Positions 1 to 11,127 of a stretch of 64,000 bases of DNA are shown here, one piece after another. This stretch comes from a virus, in the IMG/VR virus record IMGVR_UViG_3300036820_000008, positions 1 to 64,000 of that record; one strand, given 5' to 3'. How positions within the stretch are numbered: position 1 is the stretch's first letter; every line of letters begins with the position of its first letter. A model generated the notes under the pieces. It ran no database searches and was not told the DNA's origin. It worked only from the letters and a program-made list of their open reading frames with translations. Both the position numbers and the translations under genes were made by a program.

Positions 1-2
1 TC

Positions 3-3000
3 TCTATCACGCGCGGGCGTCCGGACGAAACCCAGACGGTTACCGGTAACCCACAGCAGCAGACCATGACGCTGAACAATAGGAATGGAACATTCTCTCC
101 CAACAACACGAACAGCCCATTCTATCCCTACATCAACAGGAACACTCAGCTCCGCACCTCAATAGTCGGTGCTGCTGGCCTCATGAACGCCAGCTCGTAT
201 ACCGGCTACCGATTCTGCGGAGAGGTGAGTGAGTGGCCTCCTGCCTGGGACAATACTGGCACGGACGTATACGTCCAGATAACGGTATCAGGACCGCTTA
301 GGCGCTATGTGCGCGGCGCGGCGCTCGGGTCTCCTATGCGTCGATACTACACAGGATTGACCGGAGATTATGCGCCACTCGCGTACTGGCCATGCGAGGA
401 CCTGACGGCGGCCACAGAGATAGCCAATGGTCTTAATAGCGGAAACGCTATGTTCGTCAATGGTAGCCCAGAATTTGCATCAAACGTAGCGTTCCTTGGG
501 TCAGATCCTATACCACAGCCACTTAGTTCGATGTGGCATGGCCTTACTGGTGCAGCAACGTCTCCGTCTGGTTCTGGATCCCTATTCGAATTCACCCCTG
601 GGACATACACCTGGACCGCCCCTAACGGTGTTACTACTGTGCAGGCCATTCCTTCAGGTGGAGGCGGCGGTGGCGGAGACCTGAGCACCACTCGTGGTGG
701 CGGAGGCGGAGGAGGTGGCGGCTGTGCATTCAATGGCGGCGTCGCCGTAACTCCTGGGAAGACATACACGTACATAGTTCCACCGGGTGGATCTGCCGGA
801 TTCAATGGCGGCAATGGATCGGCGGGCGGGGACGCTACATTCACAGGAGACTCTTCTACAGTAACCGGATCAGGCGGCAAGGGCGGTAACAGCGGCGCTA
901 ACGGTGGCACCGGAGGGGCAGGAGGGTCCGCCAATACCGGAGGCCCCGGCAACGCTTTTGGCGGCGGTAGCGGTGGCAATGGGCAGCTATCGTCCAACTC
1001 TTCAGTCAGCGGGTCTTTGCAGGGAGGGTCCGGCCCAACAGGAACTGGCACAGGCCAGCCAACTACGGCAGTCCAAAAGCAAGTCACTATGGCAGATGGC
1101 GTAACTACTGTTGCCGTTAAGTCCGGTGGTGGCGGCGGAGGCGGGGGCGGAACTGGCCCTGATGTTGGGGCTGGTGGTGGAGGAGCGGGGGCATATTCTG
1201 CCGGCAATATTGATGTCACTGGCGGTAGCACATATACATTCAACGCCGGTAATGGTGGTGGCGGTGGAGAAATTGGGTTCAAGGGCAACTATGGCGGTAA
1301 CTCCTTCGTTAACGGAGACACCAGTAGCGTCCTGGCCACCGGCGGTATTGGTGGTGGTGCTGCTGGAGGTGGCGGTGGCGGTGGCACGCCAAACGCGGGC
1401 ACTGGGCATACCGGCGGTCGTGGCGGAGATGGCGCTGAATCCACCACAACCTATGGCGGTGGTGGCGGAGGCGGAGGATCCGGAGCTGGACCCAACTCTA
1501 ACGGCGGAGCCGGTACTGACGCCAGTGGCCGTTCTATGGGCGACGGCAATGGCAATGGTGGCAATGGTGGATGGGGCCAGATTAGATCTGGAACGGGTAC
1601 CGGCACAGGCCAGTCTAATCCACAGACAGGCGGGGCAGGATATAACGGAAATGGCGCTGGTATTGGCGGGGGTGGTGGCGGCGGAGCTGGTGCCCTCGGT
1701 GTCCTTGGCACAACACCGAGCGGAAAGTTCGGTGCTGGCGGAGGCGCTGGCTGGATAGCCTGGACTTACACGATACCTAACTCTCCCTCGGGCGGCGGTG
1801 GTGGCGGAGGGGCTGGCCCATCAGGAGCCGGAGGTGCCGGGCAGAACACTGGTGCAGGCGGCAACGCTGGATCCGGAACTGGTGTCGCTGGATCGATGGG
1901 CGGTGGTGTCGGAGGCACCGTGGGCGCTGGCCTACCGGCAGTCGCGGGCGGCGGCGGAGCTGGCGGTCTTCCTGACATAGGCAATGGCGTCCAGTCATCA
2001 CAGAATGGCGCACCAGGACAGGTCCAGCTCTCCTGGGATGGCGGGGCTATATCTCCTGTCGCTGCAAACATCATCAGGTTCGCGCTTGACATCGACCCTG
2101 ATGGCGAGACGAATGATGTTGAGCTTATGTCCATCGTCGGCTATGGCACAATATCGACCATGGAGCTGATATACCTAACCGGTGGTCACCTGGAGCTGAT
2201 AGGCTATAACGATGCTGCGGTACAGCAGTTTACCTCTGGCAGCATAGCATTCAATGCAGATGGCGTTCCACTGTACATGTCTATATCGCTGACGGCCGAC
2301 GGGAACAATGCCGACTGGGTGCTCACCGGAATGAATGCCCTTACCGGATCCATCGTGGCTACGGCTACCGGTACGGTTGATGGCGTGATCGTTGGCAATG
2401 TCTCCGATATTTACATCAACCCGGCATCGGCGACCCTAGCCGACAACACGGCCATAGGACAGATAACCGTCCAGCAGTACGCAGACTCCCTCGAAAACAT
2501 ATTCACCGTCGTGGACGGATATAACGGTGAGACCGTAGCAGCGCGGCTTATCCGACTCTGCGCCGAAGAGGAGATTGGATGCGAGATCGTTGGGAACGCC
2601 GGATACGATGTCACGGTATCTCCGGATGCTCCTGCTGCATGGTGGAAGCTAGCTGACGGAAGCGGCTCGACAGCGATTGACTCTAGCGGCGGTGGGTCAA
2701 CGGGTACTGCCGCTAATGTAACATTCGGCAATACAAACGAGGCAGTGGCCGGAGACACGAGCGCCGCGTTCAATGGCAGCACATCGACGATAACGACATC
2801 GTACAATCCTTCCGGCCTCACGGCGATGAGCGTAGAGGCCTGGGTAAATCTGAACAATCTATCACAGACCGGGAATCCGCGCGTCATATGCAATAGCCAC
2901 TCCGATGTAGACAATCTCGGATTCGAGCTGTTCCTCAATGGCGGCAATGTGCCTTGCGCGGTGTTCGGCAACGGCACCGGGCATTCATTCATAACAAACG

Positions 3001-3932
3001 CGGTAGCCGTACCGGCGACCGGATGGACGCACCTCGTGTCTACCTGGGATTCGGCCACCGGCATAACCAGCCTGTACATAAACGGACAGATAGCAACTGC
3101 GGGCTCCCTCGCGGGGATCGTAGCGGCTGGGGCCAACGGTACGTCGATAGGATTCAACGACACCACTGGCAACGACTATGTCAATGGCCTTATCGCTGAG
3201 TGTGCTGTGTACTCATATGCACTGACCCCAGCTCAGGTTCAAGCACATTATACGCAGGCGACTTTGTCTGATGATACCCCGCAGATGGGCCCGCAGATCG
3301 ACGATACATTCGCCAACCTGCTGCAGTACTGCGAGAGTGTTGATCTTGGGCTGTTGTTTGAGACAACAGATCAGCTTGGCATAGGATACCGCACGCGAGT
3401 TTCTATGCTCGGCCAGAACGTCGGGCTACAGATGGACTATTCCCTAAGTCAACTAGCCAATGCACTCACTCCTGTGTCTGACGACCAGTATCTCCGTAAC
3501 GATGTGACTATCACCCGTAATGGCGGAGCTAGTGCTGTATGGCAGGATACATCTGGCCCGTTGTCTCTGCAGGATCCTCCGAATGGCGTTGGCGACTATA
3601 CCTACGCGAACACCGTGTACTGTTACGCCGATGCGCAGCTCCTGCCGATGGCAACATGGATCGGAACCGTTGGCACCGTCGACGATTACCGGTATCCCCA
3701 GATCAATATAGACCTATCTCGTGCTGCTGCGGCCGGACTACTTGGCCAGGCTGGCGGCATGGAGATAGGAGACTTCCTCCAGGTGATAAACACACCTACA
3801 TTTTTGTCGGCCAGCCCAATAGCTCAACTTATGTTCGGGTACACAGAGACCATCAATGCGTTCAAGTGGACCATGAGCATCAACGCGGTGCCAGAGGCTC
3901 CGTATGGAGAGGGAAGCCCTCCCATATGGTGA
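3..3932 (+). CDS. Minor tail protein (5'-partial) with Gly-rich repeats and an inserted LamG/concanavalin-like domain
   Basis: The frame is open from position 3 (ITRGRPDE...). It has AYWPCED and AWWKLAD motifs, long GGGGGG tracts, a LamG-like segment (SVEAWV...WTHLVSTWD...LYING...IAECAVY) and a C-terminal RNDVTITR/RYPQINIDL segment typical of actinophage tail proteins. Confidence 0.8.
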   Translation, partial: SITRGRPDETQTVTGNPQQQTMTLNNRNGTFSPNNTNSPFYPYINRNTQLRTSIVGAAGLMNASSYTGYRFCGEVSEWPPAWDNTGTDVYVQITVSGPLRRYVRGAALGSPMRRYYTGLTGDYAPLAYWPCEDLTAATEIANGLNSGNAMFVNGSPEFASNVAFLGSDPIPQPLSSMWHGLTGAATSPSGSGSLFEFTPGTYTWTAPNGVTTVQAIPSGGGGGGGDLSTTRGGGGGGGGGCAFNGGVAVTPGKTYTYIVPPGGSAGFNGGNGSAGGDATFTGDSSTVTGSGGKGGNSGANGGTGGAGGSANTGGPGNAFGGGSGGNGQLSSNSSVSGSLQGGSGPTGTGTGQPTTAVQKQVTMADGVTTVAVKSGGGGGGGGGTGPDVGAGGGGAGAYSAGNIDVTGGSTYTFNAGNGGGGGEIGFKGNYGGNSFVNGDTSSVLATGGIGGGAAGGGGGGGTPNAGTGHTGGRGGDGAESTTTYGGGGGGGGSGAGPNSNGGAGTDASGRSMGDGNGNGGNGGWGQIRSGTGTGTGQSNPQTGGAGYNGNGAGIGGGGGGGAGALGVLGTTPSGKFGAGGGAGWIAWTYTIPNSPSGGGGGGGAGPSGAGGAGQNTGAGGNAGSGTGVAGSMGGGVGGTVGAGLPAVAGGGGAGGLPDIGNGVQSSQNGAPGQVQLSWDGGAISPVAANIIRFALDIDPDGETNDVELMSIVGYGTISTMELIYLTGGHLELIGYNDAAVQQFTSGSIAFNADGVPLYMSISLTADGNNADWVLTGMNALTGSIVATATGTVDGVIVGNVSDIYINPASATLADNTAIGQITVQQYADSLENIFTVVDGYNGETVAARLIRLCAEEEIGCEIVGNAGYDVTVSPDAPAAWWKLADGSGSTAIDSSGGGSTGTAANVTFGNTNEAVAGDTSAAFNGSTSTITTSYNPSGLTAMSVEAWVNLNNLSQTGNPRVICNSHSDVDNLGFELFLNGGNVPCAVFGNGTGHSFITNAVAVPATGWTHLVSTWDSATGITSLYINGQIATAGSLAGIVAAGANGTSIGFNDTTGNDYVNGLIAECAVYSYALTPAQVQAHYTQATLSDDTPQMGPQIDDTFANLLQYCESVDLGLLFETTDQLGIGYRTRVSMLGQNVGLQMDYSLSQLANALTPVSDDQYLRNDVTITRNGGASAVWQDTSGPLSLQDPPNGVGDYTYANTVYCYADAQLLPMATWIGTVGTVDDYRYPQINIDLSRAAAAGLLGQAGGMEIGDFLQVINTPTFLSASPIAQLMFGYTETINAFKWTMSINAVPEAPYGEGSPPIW

Positions 3933-3961
3933 TATTGTGGATGTTTGAAGGAGGGTGGTAA

Positions 3962-4192
3962 GTGGCATCCCTTATTCCGTACTTTGTGTCAGGCGGAGGG
4001 TTCGCAGGAATAGTCGCATTCTGTTTCGCAATGGGATGGATACATCCTCAATCTGCAATTGATGAGCGTGACAAGAGAATAGAGAAGCTAGAGCATCTTG
4101 TAGACCTGGAGCGGGCTCGAGCTGACACCGGTGCCCTCGCGGTAACGGTCATGAAAGACGTCATGACAGCGCTCCATAAGGAGATCCAGTGA
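3962..4192 (+). CDS. Small membrane protein, lysis cassette (holin-like)
   Basis: N-terminal TM helix followed by a coiled coil; GGAGG RBS; lies between the tail gene and the endolysin. Confidence 0.55.
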   Translation: MASLIPYFVSGGGFAGIVAFCFAMGWIHPQSAIDERDKRIEKLEHLVDLERARADTGALAVTVMKDVMTALHKEIQ

Positions 4193-4380
4193 GATTCTGG
4201 AAGAGAAGAGCAAGGGTGAAAGGAACGGTCAAGAACGACGACGAGCAACTAGAGGAAGCAAAAAGCAGGCTAGAGCAGGCCCAGAGGGAACTCAGTGAGC
4301 TACTGGCCCTCCACAGAGAGAATCACATAGAGCCGATGATCAGACAGGCGATCCAGAAGAGGGCGCGAGGAGAGAGATGA
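4189..4380 (+). CDS. Small coiled-coil protein of the lysis cassette
   Basis: GTGA/ATGA overlaps with both neighbours. Confidence 0.5.
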   Translation: MRFWKRRARVKGTVKNDDEQLEEAKSRLEQAQRELSELLALHRENHIEPMIRQAIQKRARGER

Positions 4381-4805
4381 CACAGCTCCAGTTTCTTCTG
4401 GACACGAGCAGTTGGCTTGTGCCAATCGTGTTCTGGATATCGATCACGATGATCCCGGCCGTGTCTGCCATATGGCCATGGTGGAAAACGTCATGGGGAT
4501 GGAACATCATGTCCATTCCTATGGTGATAGCGGCAACTCTGGTGTCTTCTGGCCTGCACTACACATTCGGCATCGACGCCCAGTCTCTGTGGTTCGATTG
4601 GCTTGTTATAATCGGTCTTACCATAGCTGGCGTGGCCGAGCTGCACAGACTGTTCCTTATCATTAGGGGACAGATATCAGAGCACAGGAAGACAGGAGCA
4701 ATCAGGATAAGTCCTGATGCTACTCCGGGTGCCGACAAGGAAACGAAAGTATTAGATAGGAGATGTAGTGCCTGTAGCAACCCAGATCGGGTACGACGCC
4801 ACTAG
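4377..4805 (+). CDS. Multi-TM membrane protein (putative holin)
   Basis: Three hydrophobic segments; directly upstream of the endolysin. Confidence 0.55.
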   Translation: MTQLQFLLDTSSWLVPIVFWISITMIPAVSAIWPWWKTSWGWNIMSIPMVIAATLVSSGLHYTFGIDAQSLWFDWLVIIGLTIAGVAELHRLFLIIRGQISEHRKTGAIRISPDATPGADKETKVLDRRCSACSNPDRVRRH

Positions 4806-5529
4806 CGTCAATCTGGACAATGTCCCCAAGGACGGGCGTATACGCGCCCTCTACACAACCGGCAGCAATGGGGTCGCGGCCACACCCGCTCAGTTTGCAG
4901 CGAACCCCGGCTGTCTGCGCATCGATCAGAGCCCGGACAACACGGCTCTAGACGAGACGGCAGACTTTCTCGACTATGAGAAAAGTGCGGCTACCCTAGC
5001 CGACCTTGCCCCCTGGGCTAAGGCTGCAAAGGCGAACTTCAAGAATGGCACGCGCCATGGTCAGCGTAGTCCTGCCATTTACGCCAGCGAGGACAACCTC
5101 ACGGCCGTAGCCAACGCGCTAGTCGCGGGAGGCGTCACATCGGGCGTGGGCCTTATCGTTGCTGGCTGGGGCATTACGCTGGCGCAGGCTGAAGCCAGGG
5201 TCTCCGTGGGCACCGGGCCGTTTCCGATTGTCGGCTGGCAGTACGAGGACGCTGGCTCGTACGATATCGACGTTTTCTCTACACCCTGGCTCATAAACGT
5301 CTCGAAGAAGGTGGCTCCTGTGCCAACGCCCACTCCTACGCCTAGCCCGACGGCCATGGTGTTCACTGCAATTCCCCTCAAGATCTGCGCTGCGTACACA
5401 GACGGCTCCGGCAATCTGTATGTAGTTGGGACCGACTCGTCCGGTGAACTGTGCGAGTCCAAGCGTACCAACCCGGCCGTAGCTGAGTGGACTGCCCCGT
5501 ACAAGATCGCTGGCAAGACAAGCAACTGA
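4768..5529 (+). CDS. Putative endolysin (glycoside-hydrolase-like domain, PT linker, C-terminal domain)
   Basis: GYD...LYTTG...DFLDYE...WQY...DID pattern resembling GH25/DUF1906 barrels; PTPTPTPSP linker; lysis-cassette position. Confidence 0.55.
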   Translation: MPVATQIGYDATSVNLDNVPKDGRIRALYTTGSNGVAATPAQFAANPGCLRIDQSPDNTALDETADFLDYEKSAATLADLAPWAKAAKANFKNGTRHGQRSPAIYASEDNLTAVANALVAGGVTSGVGLIVAGWGITLAQAEARVSVGTGPFPIVGWQYEDAGSYDIDVFSTPWLINVSKKVAPVPTPTPTPSPTAMVFTAIPLKICAAYTDGSGNLYVVGTDSSGELCESKRTNPAVAEWTAPYKIAGKTSN

Positions 5530-5543
5530 CACCGGGGCATAGA

Positions 5544-5581
5544 GAAGGCCGGTCACCCGGAAGGGTAGGTGACCGGCCTTC
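5544..5581. terminator. Bidirectional hairpin terminator between convergent genes
   Basis: Perfect 14-bp inverted repeat GAAGGCCGGTCACC/GGTGACCGGCCTTC. Confidence 0.8.
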
Positions 5582-5592
5582 AGTCTTGTGGA

Positions 5593-6396
5593 CTAGCAGC
5601 CGTCGTACGGTGCCCAGTCGGAAGTGCCGTCATCCCTTACCGTATTCCAGAAGATCTCGGTCTGGTATGCAGAGTCCGCATTGCCGAACAGTGCCGGATC
5701 GCCGCCGTGAGCAGCCCAGGTTTCCGCGCTGAACTGGTATAGCCCCCAGTGGCCAGAGGCGTTCCATATGTCAGGGTCGCCGCCAGATTCGGCCCGTATC
5801 ACGCATGCCTGGAATGAGGAGCTTACGCTGTATCCGCCGGACGAATGCGGAGCCTGGGTAGGCTGCGACGCTGTGTGCGGCGTAACGCTGGCTGCCATAA
5901 CGATAACCTTGGGAGCCGGGGGAGCGAGATTCTCTGGCGGCGCGGGGATTACACGCGGCATCGCAGGTATCTTCAGCTCCTGCCCGACGTAGATTATGTC
6001 GGCATACTTGATCGTGTTCTTATTGGCCCAGTAGATGACCGGCCATGCCTTGCTGTTATTGTACTCGATGCCCGCGATCTTCGCGAGGCTCTGCCCTGAC
6101 TTCACTCGGTATATGATCGGCAGGTGTACGGTTATTGGCCTGGACACGGCCGAGAGTTTCAGGCGCGCCATCGACATGGCGGATACCTGATCCGCGGTGT
6201 TCGTGACTGCCGTTGAAGATTGCGATGCATGCTGCGTGATCGCTGGTGCGACGATCTGAACCTGGGTCTCGCTAGCCGATGCAGGGCCGCTCATCGACAT
6301 GGCGCTAATAGATCCTACTGCCAGCATTGCCATGGTCGCTACAGATGCAACAGCGACCGAAGCAATCCCGGCAAAGTTCCTGATTCTCCTGCCCAT
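5593..6396 (-). CDS. Secreted LysM + Rpf-like lytic transglycosylase
   Basis: Signal peptide; LysM (YRVKSGQSLAKIA...IYVGQELKIP); C-terminal CVIRAESGG...GLYQF...TW...Q...W transglycosylase motif. Confidence 0.85.
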   Translation of the reverse strand: MGRRIRNFAGIASVAVASVATMAMLAVGSISAMSMSGPASASETQVQIVAPAITQHASQSSTAVTNTADQVSAMSMARLKLSAVSRPITVHLPIIYRVKSGQSLAKIAGIEYNNSKAWPVIYWANKNTIKYADIIYVGQELKIPAMPRVIPAPPENLAPPAPKVIVMAASVTPHTASQPTQAPHSSGGYSVSSSFQACVIRAESGGDPDIWNASGHWGLYQFSAETWAAHGGDPALFGNADSAYQTEIFWNTVRDDGTSDWAPYDGC

Positions 6397-6592
6397 TCTG
6401 TGTCCATTCTAAGAAGGAACGCGCTGACTCGTTACCGGGGCTGATGCCACTGCAGCGTGTCTTATCGGGAGTGACGCTACGCCTATCGTCGATAGTGCAG
6501 TATATCGTTTCGTTATACCGTTACCTAATCGTTACGATACGGCCGGGTACCGGCCGCCGGTCGCGCTCCGGGGAGCCCTGGAAAACCCTGTG

Positions 6593-6610
6593 GAGCTCGC
6601 ACGTACGGAG
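6593..6610 (+). repeat. Dispersed 18-bp motif GAGCTCGCACGTACGGAG
   Basis: Identical copy at 50204-50221; a 16-bp copy at 20647-20662; variants at 43451, 46192 and 46253 (reverse strand). Confidence 0.7.
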
Positions 6611-7661
6611 AGCGCGGACGGAACGGGTAAAACGGGTAGGGCGATAGTTACCGATCGGTATTTCGGAGCTCCCGGCTTCGCGTTACCGCTAGGTGACCGT
6701 CACTTACCATCGGCGATCAGGGAATTTGCTACAATCATGTCATTCGGATCTTCTCCGCGAACCTGCGCTAGCGTCCACCTGCCCTGAATCTCCGAAGACG
6801 TGACATCTTTGCATCGGCAGCGCCACAAGATCACAGTAAAGTCTGTGCTGGCCGATGCCATCACGAACACCTTGCGGCTATCGACGCCGATCGCCTCGTA
6901 ATCATGCTCATGCTTACGTCTGAACGTCATATATTGTCCCAGGGTGTCTCATGTTCGTGTGTGCCATTGAGTCGCAGCTCGTGTAGCTGATCGTGGAAAT
7001 GCCTTAGGGCCGCCATATGATCCGGAGTCTCGTACTTGACAAACCCTCCGCCAAAACTGTCGCGGTGACGTCTATTCATATGGTGAATAAAATCATCGTC
7101 GTCCATGGCATTGGCATCAACAACTATACGAATTTTACGAGGCGTCTCTCCACCCGTCTCCTGGTGCGCAGAAGTTGCACTCTTCACTACGTATGCCTGC
7201 TTCAACATGCTCCTTTGTGTGTTTAGCGTACATTGCCGCTTCATAGCGCTGTTGGAACCAGTAATCGTCATCCACTGGACATCAGCGTCTTCTTCATGAG
7301 AGCCCAGAACTCGTCGGCGTCGCAGTCTATGCATCGCTCGTCAACGTACCACTGGTTTGTTGCTGATTCGTGATAGAGTTCTGCGGCGTCCCTGACCCTT
7401 GCGACGAGTCGATCTGCCTCTTTTTCGTCCATGTAAGCGTCTCCTGATCGAATTCTTCGCCGGGGAATAGGTCATGGCATGACGTGTAATGGTAGTTGTA
7501 CCTCCCCATTGGCTCATAAAGCTCCCATGTGTTGTCGTATTTGTGGAACACACCGTGTACGTGATCTGACGTAACAAAACCAAGGTTGTATCCTCCGCCG
7601 CTCCATGCTCTGATCACGTCTAGCCCGGTGATACGGGCGATCTTCCGCGTGTTACGCGGGT

Positions 7662-8000
7662 TTAGCCTGGACGTACCCACTTGTTCCTCTCAGCCTGCAT
7701 TATAAACTCGATCATCTTGTCGACACGCCCTCGCTCGTGGAGCATATCCGATCTCACCAGGTGCATGTCGGGGGCACCCTCGTAGAAACGGACAAGAGCA
7801 GAGGTTAGAGCCTGCCCCTCCTCGCCCACAAGATAAAACGTTGGCCCTTCTATGATACCGGGGTCCGTGATCTCCTTCCAGCTTCTCATGTCACCCTCTA
7901 TCCTGAGAAGCTGCCTGTTGTGATTCTCGAATTTCTGCGAGACATAGACGGCGATTCCGTCCACCATCATGCTGTCTGTTATGTGTACCTGGACCGGCAT
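7662..8000 (-). CDS. Hypothetical protein
   Basis: RBS, and tight packing in a run of small leftward genes (6700-8790). Confidence 0.55.
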   Translation of the reverse strand: MPVQVHITDSMMVDGIAVYVSQKFENHNRQLLRIEGDMRSWKEITDPGIIEGPTFYLVGEEGQALTSALVRFYEGAPDMHLVRSDMLHERGRVDKMIEFIMQAERNKWVRPG

Positions 8001-8793
8001 CTTTACGGATGCCTCCTTCTCAGTTTGGCATTTGGGAATATACGGGCACTCTGTCTAGCTCGAGCTGCCCCTTCCAAGTCACCGGCGGCCTCGCGGATAC
8101 GGGCTATGTGGTACCATATTGACTTGGTATCGTATCGGTCACCCCTGAACGGGAATCCGTTCTTGAACACAGGAACACCCTGATACGTCCAGTGATCTAT
8201 CAATACGGCTTCTCCTCTGGCCATCCTAGGCGCTCGCGTATTATGTCAGCTAGAGCTTTCGACACTTCTCTTTGCACATCTTCTCTACTGCTTCCGTCCC
8301 ACTGACGGAAGCCTATCTTCTCTCCGTTCAGATACACCTCCATTCCTGTGTACGAGTCATCCACATCGGACTCAACTTCTACGATAATTGCTTTGTTGTC
8401 GCAATAAGACATTACACCCTCCTTATCGCCTTTCTGCCGCGAACGAATTCCTCAGCGAATGCGATTGGATCCATGCCGCCGCACTCGCAGTCTACCGCCA
8501 TCTGCGCAGCGGTATCGGCCGGAACGTTATCTGCGACCATGATGTCGTAGGCTTTGCCTACAGCTTCGCTGACTTTCAGTTCGTGGGCTATACCGTCAGC
8601 CGTAACGGCGAACCCTATGCGCACCTCCATAACCTTGGCGACCAAGGCACTATAGCACCGCGTCTCTCGGCGCGGCGAAGCCATAGGTACGACACAGGAT
8701 CATAATGCGCCCACCACTCCTTGAATTCACGCATCTTTCGCGCCTCATATTGGAATGGTGCCATTGCTGCCCTGAATCTATCTATGTCGAACA

Positions 8794-11127
8794 TCAGTCG
8801 TCCGGATCTATTATGTAAATCTCGTCTGCCATCACAGGAGTTCCGAATCCAGCGATACGCTGGCCAACACAGATCACTACATCACGGCCAACGGTTATTG
8901 ACTGGATCTTCTTCTTGACACGAGGGAACACAAAACGATTGACTCGGATATACACCTCCTCCTCGGTCGTATCGATACAGCGTAGCGAACAATAGCTGAG
9001 GAGGTCGGGCCGGTATAGACTGGCGAGGATATCTTCAGCCTCTTCACCGGTACGGGAACGACGGTTCTCTACGGCGTCCTGCATGTTGCGCTCCCGTACA
9101 ATCCCCATGTAGACAACGCGCGGTCCCTTGCCGTAGTTCTTCTTGGCATTGGCCCCATACTCCTCCTTGATATGGATTGCCGCTACCTCCGCACCGTTAT
9201 GCGTGGGGGTGGGGACGAAATGTTTGTCGCCAAGGCCAGTCACATTCCACTCCCTACGCATCGATTGATTCTCTTCAACGAACTTGCGTACCCGATCAAG
9301 ACGCTGTTCGGTTATCTTCAGGCCGAATGGATCCGAGGACGTAGCAAAGTCATACATCTTTTCTACGGTCTTAGGGCCAATGCCCCTTATCTCCTGCAAC
9401 TGCTGCCAGCTACGAAACTTACCATTCCGCTCGCGGAACTCGGCTATGTTGTGTGCAGTCTTCTCTCCTATACCCGGTATCTCACGCCAGCCCGCTACAA
9501 GGCCCAGACTAGGGACCGGTCGCCAGCTCGGCCCGCTCGCATTCAGGATCGGAGGCACGATGTTGATTCCGTGACTTAGTGCGTCCCTCATCAGCTTGAA
9601 TCGCTGCTCCGCGTCGTCCGTCTTTGCCAGGTGGGCCGCATAGAATTCTAGAGGGTGGTGAGCCTTGAGCCAGGCACACCATAGCCCCAGAATGCTGTAG
9701 CTTACCGAATGCGCGTATACGAATGCATAGGTCCCCGAAGTGACAAGTCTTTTCCATATCCTGTCCGCTGTGCTTTCGTCAATTCCGTGTAGTCTTGCAG
9801 CACCCTCTACGAATGCCCCCATCGAGACGCCGAACGCGGCCTCGCCCATTTTCTTGCTGATGATACGCCTGATCTCGACGGCGTGCGTCCAGTCGAATCC
9901 CCCGACGTCTCTGACGATCTGGAGGATTTGCTCCTGGTATATGATTTGACCCTTAGTGTGACTAGTGATTTGTGTGACGATAGGGTGGTATCGTTCTGGC
10001 TCTCGACGGCCATGCTTGACATCGCAATACTCCGCAGTCGTTCCGGAGAAAAGAGGACCCGGACGCGAGAGCGCGTTGATATCGGTGACCTCGGAGAAAT
10101 TATCAGGATGTACATCCCTATTGACGAGCCTTGTCGCCCGACCCTCGAACTGAAATATCCCCGTGACGTCCCCATTGCGAAATATTTCCAGTGCCTTATG
10201 GTCATCGTCAGGGATTGCATAAAGATCCTCCAGAGTTAGCCCGGTCATCTCGAGACAGTTGGCTATAACGCCCATCGTGCTTAGGCCCAGCAGGTCCATC
10301 TTAATCATGTTCGCATACTCTACGTCGTACTTGTCGATGCTAAGTACCTGGCGTATCTCCCCGGCGGACTCACGCTCGTATACAGCGCAGATATCTGTGA
10401 GTGGCGTAGGGGTCACTATCAGCCCGGCCGCGTGAACACTCATTCCGCGGACATTGCCCTCGAGGTGCGTTGCCTTCCAGAGCTTGGGGTATGCGTCGAA
10501 TATCTCTCTGGCCGCTGGGAACATATTGACGGTGTCCTCGAGCCCGGAGTCAAAACGTGAGTCTCCACCTGATCGCTCAATAATCAGGTTGCTCACGACC
10601 TCCTTCGCGTAGCTGGGGACATCGTACACCCGTGCTACGTCGGCAAGACTGTTCTTACCTCGGTATCTGACGAAGTTGGCCACCATGCCGACACAGTCAG
10701 ATCCGTACCGATTCGCCATGTAATCGCGGACTTCGTGCCTACGTTCATCAGATATGTCGAGATCGATGTCCGGCAGGTCAGATCTTGTGATGTCCAGAAA
10801 ACGCTCAAAAAGAAGATTCGGGTATCGTACAGGGTCCACCTCCGTGATTCGGAGCAGCCAGGCGACCACGCTAGCGGCTACGCTACCGCGCCCAGGACCG
10901 ACCGGGATGCCTGAGTCCTTCGCCCAGCGTACCATATCGCTAGTGGCCAGGAAGAAGTCTGCAAATCCCTTCCCGATTATCAGGCCGAGCTCATATTTGC
11001 GGCGCGATACGTACCAGTCCTGTTGCTCTTGCGGACGCTGGCTTATCTTGCGATACTTCCATCCAAATCGGCACCACTGCCAAAGAAGGTCTTCAGAAGA
11101 AACCGCAGTCGTCAGGTCCGTTGGCAT
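8794..11127 (-). CDS. dnaE: DNA polymerase III alpha-like, palm/fingers/HhH/OB part
   Basis: GPGRGS, FERFL, PDIDLD, HAAG, KMDLLGL, FQFE, RPGP, YQEQ, YAFVYAHS motifs. Confidence 0.95.
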   Translation of the reverse strand: MPTDLTTAVSSEDLLWQWCRFGWKYRKISQRPQEQQDWYVSRRKYELGLIIGKGFADFFLATSDMVRWAKDSGIPVGPGRGSVAASVVAWLLRITEVDPVRYPNLLFERFLDITRSDLPDIDLDISDERRHEVRDYMANRYGSDCVGMVANFVRYRGKNSLADVARVYDVPSYAKEVVSNLIIERSGGDSRFDSGLEDTVNMFPAAREIFDAYPKLWKATHLEGNVRGMSVHAAGLIVTPTPLTDICAVYERESAGEIRQVLSIDKYDVEYANMIKMDLLGLSTMGVIANCLEMTGLTLEDLYAIPDDDHKALEIFRNGDVTGIFQFEGRATRLVNRDVHPDNFSEVTDINALSRPGPLFSGTTAEYCDVKHGRREPERYHPIVTQITSHTKGQIIYQEQILQIVRDVGGFDWTHAVEIRRIISKKMGEAAFGVSMGAFVEGAARLHGIDESTADRIWKRLVTSGTYAFVYAHSVSYSILGLWCAWLKAHHPLEFYAAHLAKTDDAEQRFKLMRDALSHGINIVPPILNASGPSWRPVPSLGLVAGWREIPGIGEKTAHNIAEFRERNGKFRSWQQLQEIRGIGPKTVEKMYDFATSSDPFGLKITEQRLDRVRKFVEENQSMRREWNVTGLGDKHFVPTPTHNGAEVAAIHIKEEYGANAKKNYGKGPRVVYMGIVRERNMQDAVENRRSRTGEEAEDILASLYRPDLLSYCSLRCIDTTEEEVYIRVNRFVFPRVKKKIQSITVGRDVVICVGQRIAGFGTPVMADEIYIIDPDD

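Noticed and set aside
368-3172. Long Pro-rich minus-strand ORFs
   Set aside because: Antisense shadows of the Gly-rich tail gene.
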